A stretch of DNA of 41,182 nucleotides from an uncultured Armatimonadia bacterium (GTDB lineage Bacteria; Armatimonadota; Zipacnadia; Zipacnadales; UBA11051), in assembly GCA_964653205.1 (NCBI GenBank), contig CAZZDO010000003.1, positions 1 through 41,182 on the forward strand. Direction: 5' to 3'. Positions 17,335-25,257 of the stretch are shown piece after piece. A program made the translations under genes and the position numbers. The stretch's first letter is position 1. Each line of letters opens with the position of its first letter. Below the pieces are notes generated by a model. That model was not told the DNA's origin. It saw nothing but the letters and a program-made list of their open reading frames with translations, and did no database searches.

Positions 17335-18214
17335 TCTGCTGGGGCGTGGGGTCGCAGTCGCCCCTGAACCCATGCCCGCCATTCTTGACCCGCACGAACG
17401 TGCAGTCCACCCCGGCCTCCCCCAGCAGCTTCGCCAACTTCTCCGACTGCGCGATGGGCACGGTCTTGTCCACCTCGCCGTGCACGATCAGGAACGGCGG
17501 GTCGTCCCTGTCCACGTACGTGACGGGGCTGGCGGCCTTCGCCGCGTCCAGGTGCTCCTCCGTCTTGCCGCCGATGAGCGCCTCTTCCGGGGTCAGACCG
17601 GTCTTCTCATCCACGAGAATGCGCGCGCCCCGGTCGGCGATCATCGTCGTCATGTCCGACGGGCCGAAGAAGTCCACGACGCACTGCACGGCGCTGGACT
17701 GGTCGAGATTGCCGCCGACGTCCCCCTCCAGCTCCTGCACCCCGCCCGACGTGCCCAGCAGCGCGACGAGATGCCCCCCGGCGCTGCCGCCCCACACGCC
17801 GATCTTGTCGGGGTTGAGCCGGTACTCCTGTGCGTGGGCCCGCAGGTAGCGCAGCGCGCCCTTGCAGTCGAAGATCTGGGCGGGGAAGATCGCCACCTGC
17901 GTCAGGCGATACTCGATGCTGGCGCAGAAGTACCCCTGCCGCGCGAGACCGACGAGTTGCCCGGCGCCCTTGTACGACCCGGCCCGCCACGCCCCGCCAT
18001 GCACCCACACGACGACCGGCATGGGCGTCGCGGGCGGCTGCTTGGGGTAGATGAGGTCCATGTGCAAGTCGCGGCCTTCCACGGTCGCGAAGACGACATC
18101 GGGCCTGTATTCCAGGTCCGGTGGGGGCTGGAACTGCGGCCGCTGGGGCGGCTGGCAGGAGGCGATGGAGACAGCGCACAACGCAGCGGCAAGCGCGAGG
18201 CAAAGGCGTTTCAT
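17291..18214 (-). CDS. Alpha/beta hydrolase (esterase/lipase-type), predicted lipoprotein
   Basis: Lipobox-like signal MKRLCLALAAALCAVSIASC. HGGAW oxyanion motif, GGSAGG nucleophile elbow, and a C-terminal GGHGF histidine. Confidence 0.8.
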   Translation of the reverse strand: MKRLCLALAAALCAVSIASCQPPQRPQFQPPPDLEYRPDVVFATVEGRDLHMDLIYPKQPPATPMPVVVWVHGGAWRAGSYKGAGQLVGLARQGYFCASIEYRLTQVAIFPAQIFDCKGALRYLRAHAQEYRLNPDKIGVWGGSAGGHLVALLGTSGGVQELEGDVGGNLDQSSAVQCVVDFFGPSDMTTMIADRGARILVDEKTGLTPEEALIGGKTEEHLDAAKAASPVTYVDRDDPPFLIVHGEVDKTVPIAQSEKLAKLLGEAGVDCTFVRVKNGGHGFRGDCDPTPQQINQTVLEFLGKHLK

Positions 18215-18281
18215 GGGCGGACTCCCGGTGCAGTACTGATGAGGTAGACGGACCGTACGGATGGCGGATTCCGAGAAGAAC

Positions 18282-18308
18282 GGCGGGCCGGCTGAGTGCC
18301 GGCCCGCC
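18282..18308 (-). terminator. Putative intrinsic terminator after the isomerase gene
   Basis: GGCGGGCCGGC-(5 nt)-GCCGGCCCGCC, an 11-bp perfect stem, followed on the minus strand by GTTCTTCTC. It lies 34 nt after the stop at 18342. Confidence 0.5.
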
Positions 18309-18341
18309 CGATTCCCGATTCCCGCCTCCCGATTCTCGCCT

Positions 18342-19748
18342 CTACACCCTCATCACCTCATACCCCAAGTACTTCTCCCACGCCTCGGCCACCGGCGCGG
18401 CCACCTCGCCCGGCGTCACGCTCGTGTGGTGGCGATGGCCCGCGTAGCCGATCTTCAGCAGCGCGTCCTGCAGGTTCGCGATTTCCGCGACACCGCCGCA
18501 GCCGAAGTAGTCGGCCGGGATCGGGTCCTTCGTGAACTTGCCCTCGCCCAGGTAGTACTTCAGCTTCCCGCCCTCGGTCAGCATGCTGCCGAAGGTGAAC
18601 GCGCCCGGCTTGATGCGGCCCACGTTGCAGCCGAACCCGCAGCCCTCGCCGACGGCGTTGGCCAGGATCGCGTGGTCCACGATGTCACCCTTCTTGGTCA
18701 TCATCGTCTGCGGCACCGGCCCGCAGTGGAACAGGATGCACTTGTCCTCTTCCTCGCCGTAGTTGTTGTTCCAGTCCAGGCATGTGGTGACAGTGCCCGA
18801 AGCCTGTCCCAGCGCGAACATCGTGATGGCATTCCCCATGTCCACCTCGCACGCCACGGGCACGCCGCGGTCGTTCATCTCGGAGAGCAGCACACAGGGG
18901 GAGATGCCCAGTTGGCTCTGCATCTCCACCCAGCACCGCACGGCCAGCGCATCGAGCTGGTACTCATCCACGATCTCGTCGAGGATCACGCCGAGGCGGG
19001 TTAGCTTGTCAAAGGCGCAGTCGGGGACGCCCTTCCAGTTGCTGTAGGCGGCCAGCCGCTCGGCCTTGGCCTTGTACTTGTTGGTCGAGGCGCGCAGCTT
19101 GTCCATCCGGTAGAAGACCTCGGACAGGTCGAGCGTCTCCATCGTGATGTTGTGGCGCTGCAGGGCCAGCTCATCAATGCGCACGGTCTTGAAGGCGGTC
19201 GTGCGCGCGCCGATGGCCCCCACGACCATGCCCTTCATGCCGTTGTACACGCGGCAGAGGCGGTCGAAGTAGTCCACCTGTTCGGCGAAGCGCTTCGAAG
19301 ACGGCGCGGTCGTGTGCGGCGGCAGGATCGTGAACTTCAGCCCGTACTGGTAGAAGACGTCCATGATCGAGAACTTGCCGCAGAACGAGTCGCGGCGCGT
19401 GGCCGGAGCCATCTTGTCCATCTCGTCGGGGTAGGCCTGGATGAGGATCGGCACGCCGCAGTCCTTGAGCGCGGCGATGGCCCCGGTCTCATCGCCGAAG
19501 TTCGGCAGGCACAGGATCACACCGCCGTACTTCCCGCGGTGCTTGCGCAGGAAGTTGGCGTAGATCTCGCCCTCGCGCGGGGTCTCGACGGCGCCGTGGC
19601 GCGTGGCCCCGGCGTCGAGCATGAGCACCTCATGCCCGAGCTTGGTGAGGACCTTCTCCAACTCCGCGCGCGCGGCGGCCATCAGCGAGCCCGGAAAGAA
19701 CCCGCGGTTGCCAAAGAACAGGGCGAACGTCGTCTTTTTCACTTCCAT
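18342..19748 (-). CDS. L-fucose/L-arabinose isomerase family protein
   Basis: Track ORF trimmed to ATG 19748 (MEVKKTTFALFFGNRGFFP...) with GGAGG upstream. The length and sequence pattern (…CLPNFGDE…, …CEVDMGNA…, …FHCGP…) match sugar isomerases of the FucI/AraA-like family. Confidence 0.7.
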   Translation of the reverse strand: MEVKKTTFALFFGNRGFFPGSLMAAARAELEKVLTKLGHEVLMLDAGATRHGAVETPREGEIYANFLRKHRGKYGGVILCLPNFGDETGAIAALKDCGVPILIQAYPDEMDKMAPATRRDSFCGKFSIMDVFYQYGLKFTILPPHTTAPSSKRFAEQVDYFDRLCRVYNGMKGMVVGAIGARTTAFKTVRIDELALQRHNITMETLDLSEVFYRMDKLRASTNKYKAKAERLAAYSNWKGVPDCAFDKLTRLGVILDEIVDEYQLDALAVRCWVEMQSQLGISPCVLLSEMNDRGVPVACEVDMGNAITMFALGQASGTVTTCLDWNNNYGEEEDKCILFHCGPVPQTMMTKKGDIVDHAILANAVGEGCGFGCNVGRIKPGAFTFGSMLTEGGKLKYYLGEGKFTKDPIPADYFGCGGVAEIANLQDALLKIGYAGHRHHTSVTPGEVAAPVAEAWEKYLGYEVMRV

Positions 19749-19787
19749 CGTGAGCCTCCTCATTCAGGGCACGGCGGACGCCATGCC

Positions 19788-21347
19788 TCAGTCTCTTCGC
19801 GACAAGGGCACACTGGCCCGCAGTTGCCTTGCCGAGCCCTGCAGCCGCCCGAAAATGCCCTCGCGCCAGGCGATGCTCGCCGGCTTGATCCGGGCGGTGA
19901 AGTCTGTGTCGAGCTTCTGCTCCGCCAGCAGCTTGTCCTCCCGGAAGACGCGCAGCGCGTCCGGCGTCAGCACGAACCGCAGTTCCAGCGGCTGGCTGGT
20001 CCCGGTCAGGTTCACCGACAGGTTGCCCGGCAGCGTCAGCTTCATCACGCGGCCGTATTCGGCGAACACGTCGTCGGTCAGGAATGCCAGCCGCCCGTCA
20101 CGCTCGAATGGTCCCTTGGCCGAGGTCCCGACGTAGAGGTCGCCGCCGACGGCGGTCATGGTGGTCGCGCGATGGCCCCAGTTGTTGATGACGATGTCCG
20201 TCTTGTTCGCTTCGTTGTACTTGCGGATGTCCTCTTCGTACGGGTGGGTGAACTTGTCCGTGAGGGGCGGCTGCGTGAAGCACCGCGTCACCAGACTCCA
20301 ACCGCCGGTGTCCGCATCGCACCGCCAGACCTCCGCCCACGGCCACACGCCCACGTACAGCTCGCCGCGGTAGATGGCCGAGGACTGGCACTCGCGCGCG
20401 CCGGTGGATACGCCCGGCATGACCGGCGGCCAGTCCTTCAGGGGCGTGATCTGGCTGCCATCATACTCAAAGAGATTGCCCGACGGGTACTGGCCCATCA
20501 GCAGCTTGTCCCGCCAGTTGACCATGGTGTAGATCTGGTAGCTGACGCCCTTCTGCGGGTTGCGCAGTACACGCCATTCGCCGTCAAACATGTAGAACCC
20601 GCCGGTGTTGGCGCAGGTGACGATCTGGTCGCGCAGTTGGCCCCACGAGAACGGCGTCTCGCCGGTGTAGGTCAGTTGCAGCACCTTGGCCTGGGCCAGG
20701 TCAATCGGCCCGTCGCCGGGCTTCCAGGGGCAGGCGTACAGGTACGTGCGGCCATTGCCCTCGCCCGGTTTGGTGTAGTAGAAGCACACGTGGCCATTCG
20801 CGTAGTAGTAGCGGCAGCGTGTCCCCTCCGCCGGGGCGGGGAGAATGACCTGGTCGTTGTACTTCACGACGTTGGCGGCATACGTCAACACGCCCTCGCC
20901 CACGCGCATGGTGCCGTCGCCGTCCCGGGAGCGATTGGGCTGCAGCGCCGGATCGGTCTGCCATGTCCCCTGCGCTTCATCCCACACGAGATCGAAGGCG
21001 CACAGGCGGCCGCTCGCGTCGAACAGATAGCAGCCCCCCAGCCTGGCCAGGGGCTTGGGCAGGGCCGCGACCTCGAACGTCGGCCGGTCTCCCGGTGGGC
21101 GGACGTAGAACTGCAGCGCGTGGCGCTCATTGCGCACGCAGGTGTTGTAGACCCCGGGGAAGCCCGCGCCGGCGACGGTGCGCCCCTCCGCGTCCCGCAC
21201 CTCAAACAGCGTGCCGAAGTTCTGACCGAGGTCCGCGCCGAGGTCCAGCCGGCACGAGGCCTCGAAGAGCACCTCATCCTTCGCCAGCAGCGGCGAGGCG
21301 AGTGCCGCGAGCATCGCGAGGGCCAGGAATACGTTAGGAGCCTGCAT
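19788..21347 (-). CDS. Secreted hypothetical protein (possibly beta-propeller-like)
   Basis: Start chosen at ATG 21347 (MQAPNVFLALAMLAALASPLLAKDE..., a signal peptide) with GGAGG 6 nt upstream. It overlaps the aldolase 3' end by 14 nt. I recognise no motif. Confidence 0.65.
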   Translation of the reverse strand: MQAPNVFLALAMLAALASPLLAKDEVLFEASCRLDLGADLGQNFGTLFEVRDAEGRTVAGAGFPGVYNTCVRNERHALQFYVRPPGDRPTFEVAALPKPLARLGGCYLFDASGRLCAFDLVWDEAQGTWQTDPALQPNRSRDGDGTMRVGEGVLTYAANVVKYNDQVILPAPAEGTRCRYYYANGHVCFYYTKPGEGNGRTYLYACPWKPGDGPIDLAQAKVLQLTYTGETPFSWGQLRDQIVTCANTGGFYMFDGEWRVLRNPQKGVSYQIYTMVNWRDKLLMGQYPSGNLFEYDGSQITPLKDWPPVMPGVSTGARECQSSAIYRGELYVGVWPWAEVWRCDADTGGWSLVTRCFTQPPLTDKFTHPYEEDIRKYNEANKTDIVINNWGHRATTMTAVGGDLYVGTSAKGPFERDGRLAFLTDDVFAEYGRVMKLTLPGNLSVNLTGTSQPLELRFVLTPDALRVFREDKLLAEQKLDTDFTARIKPASIAWREGIFGRLQGSARQLRASVPLSRRD

Positions 21348-22254
21348 TCTGCGCCTCCAGTTTGGCCGCCGAACCGGCGAGTTGCAGTTCATCCGTCAGC
21401 AGCCGAACGACTTCGTCATACGCCGCCTGCTGCGCCGCTTGCACCGACGTCGCCAGGGCCGCCTCGTAGGGCTGGCGGACATTGGTCGCGATGTTGATCT
21501 TCGCAATCCCCGCCCGGATGCCGGCGCGGACGTATTCCTGCTGAATGCCGCTGCCGCCGTGCAGCACCAGGGGGACGCCGGTGGCCTCGCGCAACCGCGC
21601 CAGGTGCTCGAGGTTCAGCCGCGCCTGCACCTTCTTCTGGTGGCGGGTCGCTTCGCCCACCGCACCGTGGATGTTGCCGACAGCGACGGAGAGCCAGTCC
21701 ACGCCGGTCTCCTCCACGAAGCGGCGGGCCTCGTCGGGGTCGGTGAAGCCCCGGCCGGTCTCATAGAGTTCCTCATAGGGCGGCGGGGGGCCGGCCTCGT
21801 GGCCGAACACCGCGCCCAACTCGCCCTCAACGGCCGCGCCCGTAACCCACGCCATCTTGACGACCTGTCGGGTCGCCGCGATGTTGTCCTCCAGTGGCAG
21901 CCGCGACCCGTCCACCATCACCGAGTCGTAGCCCAGGTCCAACGCCTCGACGAAGAGCGGGGCGAAATCCACCCGCGCGTCCTCCTCGTCAATGACGGGG
22001 ATGTGGTCGAGGTGGAGCCGCGTGAACCGCTCGTCCTTCAGGCGCTGGTATTCGTCGAACACCGCCCGCAGGCTGCCGCACGTGAAGCGCTTCCACTCCA
22101 CCCGCGCGACGGAGACCTGCCCCATCGTGCCCGTGTCGCGTAGCGCCTGAATGATCGGTGCCATCATGGGCAGATGGGGGACGTTGAAGCTGGGAACGGC
22201 CAGGCCCAGCTCCCAGGCGCGGCGGACGAGTTGGCGAGAGGTCGGCGGTATCAT
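21334..22254 (-). CDS. Class II fructose/tagatose-bisphosphate aldolase family protein
   Basis: Track ORF trimmed to ATG 22254 (MIPPTSRQLVRRAWELGLAVPSFNV...). Motifs: HLDH metal ligands, VLHGGSG, NIATN. Confidence 0.8.
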   Translation of the reverse strand: MIPPTSRQLVRRAWELGLAVPSFNVPHLPMMAPIIQALRDTGTMGQVSVARVEWKRFTCGSLRAVFDEYQRLKDERFTRLHLDHIPVIDEEDARVDFAPLFVEALDLGYDSVMVDGSRLPLEDNIAATRQVVKMAWVTGAAVEGELGAVFGHEAGPPPPYEELYETGRGFTDPDEARRFVEETGVDWLSVAVGNIHGAVGEATRHQKKVQARLNLEHLARLREATGVPLVLHGGSGIQQEYVRAGIRAGIAKINIATNVRQPYEAALATSVQAAQQAAYDEVVRLLTDELQLAGSAAKLEAQNAGS

Positions 22255-22334
22255 GGCTGGCTGACTGGTTCGCAATCGGGGGTGCCAATACCTGCCGGGA
22301 GGTCCCGCCGGGCCCGCCACTGAATCTTCTTCCC

Positions 22335-24653
22335 ATGAAGACCACGGCCCTGGCCGTCCTGATGCTGACCATCCTCTGCGCTCCGGCGTTCGCCCAGCCA
22401 CCCGAGGGCTGGCTGAACGCCGCCGACTTCGGCGCCTCCGGCTCGAAGTTCTCCACCGGCGCGACGACCGTCGCCGGCGCGAACCAGATCACCGTGCCGG
22501 ACGTGGGCGACTTCAAGGTGGGCCAAGGCGTCATGGTCTCGCGCTGCAACGTCAAGTACAGCGGCGCGGCGCTCTGGGGCCCGCGCCAGACCTACGAGAG
22601 CCAGCGGGCCCTCAAGGGCGAGATGGAGTTCCGCGGCTACGACGGCGCGGGTGGGAGCTGGTTCGTGTACATCATTGATGTGGCGCAGGGCACACCCGTG
22701 AAGTGGCGCTGGAGCGACGACCTGACGCGCACGTGGCACGACGGCGGCGTGGTGGACGACCAGTGGCACGCGATCAGCGGCGGGACTGAGATCAAGTTCA
22801 ATCCCTTCGAGTGGCAGGACGGCTACACGGTGGTCTTCAACGCCCGCGATCAACTCGTCAGCCGCATCGAGAAGATCGAGGGCAAGGTGCTGACACTCAA
22901 GGACGCCGCCAACCGCAGCGCGACCGACGCCGTCGTGCGCCATTCGGACGACGCGGCCTTGCAGGCGGGGATTGACGCGGCCATCAAGCAGCAGAAGAAC
23001 CTGTTCATTCCGCCCGGGCACTACCGCCTGGCCAAAGGCGTGGTCGTGCGTTACGGCAAGGGGATCACCGTGCAGGGGGCCAGCCCCGAAGACGTCCTGC
23101 TGGACATCAGCGAGGGCAACGGGACCTGCGTGTCGCTGTCGGGCGGGACGGAAGTCACGCTGCGCAACCTGACCATGCTCGGCCACATGGGCCTGGAGCA
23201 CGCCGACCAGGCGGGCTACATGAACACCCTCGGCGGGCGCGGCCTGTGGGGCTTCTATCTGAAAACCTCCGGTGCAGTGGGAATCTCGGGGACGGAGCGC
23301 GTGCTCGTGGAGAACTGCCACGCCCGGCGCATGAGCCAGGAAGCGTTCGTCTCCGGCGGGGCCAGCCGCATCGCCAAGCCCCCGCGCACCAACACCAAGC
23401 AGACGACGTACCTGCGCTGCTCGGCCATAGACTGCGGCCGCAACGGTTTCAACGACTGGAACCTCGGCCCCGAGAACACGAGCGTCCTGTACTGCCGCAT
23501 CGTGGATGTCGGTGGCTGCTCGTGGGAAGGCGCCTCGCGGTTCATGCGCTTCATCGGCAACTACGTGCGCAATGCCGGGACGATCGCGATGGGCAATCTG
23601 GGCACCGCCAACCGCGACGAGTCCTTCGCCACCCTCGGCGCCGGCCAACACCTTGTCGCCGACAACGTCTTCGAGGCCGGAAACCGCTACGCCGGCCGGC
23701 GCGGCGGGCCGATGGTCGTGAGTTCACATGGCTCCACGCAGGTCATCATCCGCAACAACTTGTTCATCAACTTCAACTCGCCGGCCATCGAGGTCAGCGG
23801 CCGCGCCGACCTCACCCACTATCCCTCCACCAACACCATCGTCAGCGGCAACATCATTGACCTGACGTGCGTCGGAGAACCGCCCGTCACGCGCTACGGC
23901 ATCGGCGCCAGCGCCAACGACACGATCATCGCCGACAATCAGGTGTACGTGCGTGGCGCGCTAGATCCGACGGTCACCGGCATCCGGATCGCCGAGCCGG
24001 CGGTCAATGTGAACGTGCATGGCAATGTGATCCGCAACTGCGGCCAGGGCCTCATCACGACCCGCGCCCAGTCCCGCGTGGACCAGGTGATTGATGACCG
24101 GACTTTCCTGACCCCCGCCTACAGCGCCGTGCCGGCCGGGCGCCCACCGGGCCATGACTACCGCGGCTGGAACGTGGTCTGGCTGGACGGCGGTAGGGTC
24201 GTCGCCCAGTCCGTGCTCGAGGGCTGCGACGCCGAGACGTGTCGCTTCAAGCTGCGCGAGCCCCGGGCGATGAAGCCCGGCGACGCCTTCGAGGTCTATC
24301 CGCCGGCCGGGGCCAACTGGCTCATCCGCGCCAACACCATCACCGGCTGCCGCACGCCCGTCGTGCTCGACAGCTACGGCAGCGTCACCTCCGTCTTCGC
24401 CGGCAACACGATCACGCGCGGGGAAGCGACGGGCGTCACGGAAGCGCTCGCCGTGCGCGGGCGCTTCGACTTGCTGGACAACGCCTTCGACGGCTTCAGT
24501 GAGCCGAAGTCGGTCGTGCTCGGCCTGTATCTGGACCGGCTCGGTCAGCCGCCGGCCAATCTCTACCGCGGCAACACCTTCAGCCAGTGCGGCACGCTCG
24601 TGGCCGAGCAGCAGCCCGGCCTGTGGCAGGCGGGCCTGGACCGGGGGAAGTGA
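22335..24653 (+). CDS. Secreted right-handed parallel beta-helix (pectate-lyase superfamily) protein
   Basis: Signal peptide MKTTALAVLMLTILCAPAFA. N-terminal LNAADFGASGS is typical of the pectate_lyase_3-type start. Repeated beta-helix rungs: VENCHARR, IRNNLFINF, SGNIIDL, ADNQVYV, HGNVIRNC, ANTITGC, AGNTITRG. Confidence 0.7.
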   Translation: MKTTALAVLMLTILCAPAFAQPPEGWLNAADFGASGSKFSTGATTVAGANQITVPDVGDFKVGQGVMVSRCNVKYSGAALWGPRQTYESQRALKGEMEFRGYDGAGGSWFVYIIDVAQGTPVKWRWSDDLTRTWHDGGVVDDQWHAISGGTEIKFNPFEWQDGYTVVFNARDQLVSRIEKIEGKVLTLKDAANRSATDAVVRHSDDAALQAGIDAAIKQQKNLFIPPGHYRLAKGVVVRYGKGITVQGASPEDVLLDISEGNGTCVSLSGGTEVTLRNLTMLGHMGLEHADQAGYMNTLGGRGLWGFYLKTSGAVGISGTERVLVENCHARRMSQEAFVSGGASRIAKPPRTNTKQTTYLRCSAIDCGRNGFNDWNLGPENTSVLYCRIVDVGGCSWEGASRFMRFIGNYVRNAGTIAMGNLGTANRDESFATLGAGQHLVADNVFEAGNRYAGRRGGPMVVSSHGSTQVIIRNNLFINFNSPAIEVSGRADLTHYPSTNTIVSGNIIDLTCVGEPPVTRYGIGASANDTIIADNQVYVRGALDPTVTGIRIAEPAVNVNVHGNVIRNCGQGLITTRAQSRVDQVIDDRTFLTPAYSAVPAGRPPGHDYRGWNVVWLDGGRVVAQSVLEGCDAETCRFKLREPRAMKPGDAFEVYPPAGANWLIRANTITGCRTPVVLDSYGSVTSVFAGNTITRGEATGVTEALAVRGRFDLLDNAFDGFSEPKSVVLGLYLDRLGQPPANLYRGNTFSQCGTLVAEQQPGLWQAGLDRGK

Positions 24654-24654
24654 G

Positions 24655-25155
24655 ATGGACTACGACGCGCAAGCGATCATCGAGATGCTGCGCCGCTCGT
24701 ACGGCGCCGTGGACGGCCTGTGGTTCGTCATGTGCGAGGAGCGGCTCGGCGCCGAGATGGCGCTGGAGCTGGATGACGCGGTCTGGCAGGTCATGCCCAA
24801 GATTCAGGCGCGCAAGGCGATGGAGCTGCTCGGGATGGGCGCGATGAATCGCGCCGCTACGCTGGAAGATCTGGCGGAGGCCATCGGGCTGAAGTTCGCC
24901 GCCGAGGGGCAACAGTTCGAGATGAGCCAGACGCCGGAGCGGCTCGAAGTGCGTGTGACGGAGTGCCCGTGGTACAATGCCCTCGTCAAGTCCGACCGGC
25001 TACATATCGCGGCGCAGGTGGCGCGGATCATCTGCACCAACGAGGCCGAGGGCTGGGCGCGGGAGTTCGGCCGGCAGGCGGAGTTCGACTTCGCCCAGAG
25101 CAAGTGCAGCGGCGGGGAGTGCTGCCGGTTCGTGTTTCAGGCGAAGCAGGCGTGA
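24655..25155 (+). CDS. Small cytoplasmic Cys-rich protein (possibly ATC-hydrolase-like family)
   Basis: ATG 24655 lies 1 nt after the upstream stop (MDYDAQAIIEMLRRSYGAVDGLWFV...). C-terminal ...CSGGECCRFVFQ. The family assignment comes from memory of the motif pattern only. Confidence 0.5.
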   Translation: MDYDAQAIIEMLRRSYGAVDGLWFVMCEERLGAEMALELDDAVWQVMPKIQARKAMELLGMGAMNRAATLEDLAEAIGLKFAAEGQQFEMSQTPERLEVRVTECPWYNALVKSDRLHIAAQVARIICTNEAEGWAREFGRQAEFDFAQSKCSGGECCRFVFQAKQA

Positions 25156-25164
25156 TCGCGGATT

Positions 25165-25247
25165 GGTCGCGGTCTGGTGACCGCTCCTACACGTTGCCCC
25201 ATCTGCATGTGCGGGAATGGTGTAGGAGCGGTCACCAGACCGCGACC
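25165..25247. repeat. REP-like doublet: 27-bp perfect inverted repeat with 29-nt spacer between convergent genes
   Basis: GGTCGCGGTCTGGTGACCGCTCCTACA (25165-25191) pairs with TGTAGGAGCGGTCACCAGACCGCGACC (25221-25247). Each arm is GTAG-GA-GCGGTC-ACCA-GACCGC, a hairpin in its own right. Confidence 0.75.
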
Positions 25248-25257
25248 CCCTTCGGCC

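Noticed and set aside
12720-21497. Other long shadow ORFs (12720-13865 -, 13600-14442 -, 15490-17058 -, 17300-18247 +, 19152-21497 +). The same applies to 22251-23651 -, 25177-26391 +, 33284-35044 - and 35093-36958 -.
   Set aside because: Same reasoning as above. Each is antisense or out of frame to a gene with clear family motifs, and each has an Arg/Ala/Gly/Pro-dominated composition.
21334-22401. Long N-terminal extensions offered by the ORF track (aldolase from 22401, oxidoreductase from 5964, amidohydrolase from 3020, PNPOx-like from 38392, FAD oxidoreductase from 30477, GT4 from 31607)
   Set aside because: The extensions are low-complexity, overlap upstream genes or REP hairpins, and lack homology-like sequence. 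Internal ATGs give canonical family N-termini and sensible SD spacing or translational coupling.
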